From the human T2T-CHM13v2.0 reference genome, Homo sapiens: a DNA stretch of 64,000 nucleotides. Position numbers and translations under genes: made by a program. The notes under the pieces were generated by a model, which did no database searches, was not told where the DNA came from, and saw nothing but the letters and a program-made list of their open reading frames with translations. Location of the stretch: the NCBI RefSeq assembly GCF_009914755.1, contig NC_060927.1; one strand, given 5' to 3'. Positions 63,994 through 64,000 of the stretch are shown here, piece after piece (position 1 is the first letter of the stretch; every line of letters starts with the position of its first letter).

Positions 63994-64000
63994 TGAACTC

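Overview
Primate (very probably human, recalled as chr3q21.3) genomic DNA, not prokaryotic. The window holds the complete 16-exon TXNRD3 gene (thioredoxin-glutathione reductase, TGR) on the - strand. I traced all exons through GT-AG junctions: CDS 55441->8680, 643 codons, non-AUG (CTG) start, penultimate TGA = selenocysteine (GCUG end), and a non-canonical SECIS in the 3'UTR. Intron 10 carries a METTL5 retrocopy split by an L1PA insertion and nested inside an older L1. Upstream and divergently oriented is part of an unprocessed NUP210 pseudogene (NUP210P1-like). The rest is Alu, L1, L2, L3, LTR and DNA-transposon debris. I found no convincing wholly new system. The best leads are a consensus 5' splice site inside the unusual SECIS, the CUG/GUG start region with an overlapping +1 AUG ORF, the frame-intact METTL5 retrocopy, and an L1-derived branch-point region. 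Repeat subfamily names and reference-protein comparisons are from memory, and repeat borders are approximate.
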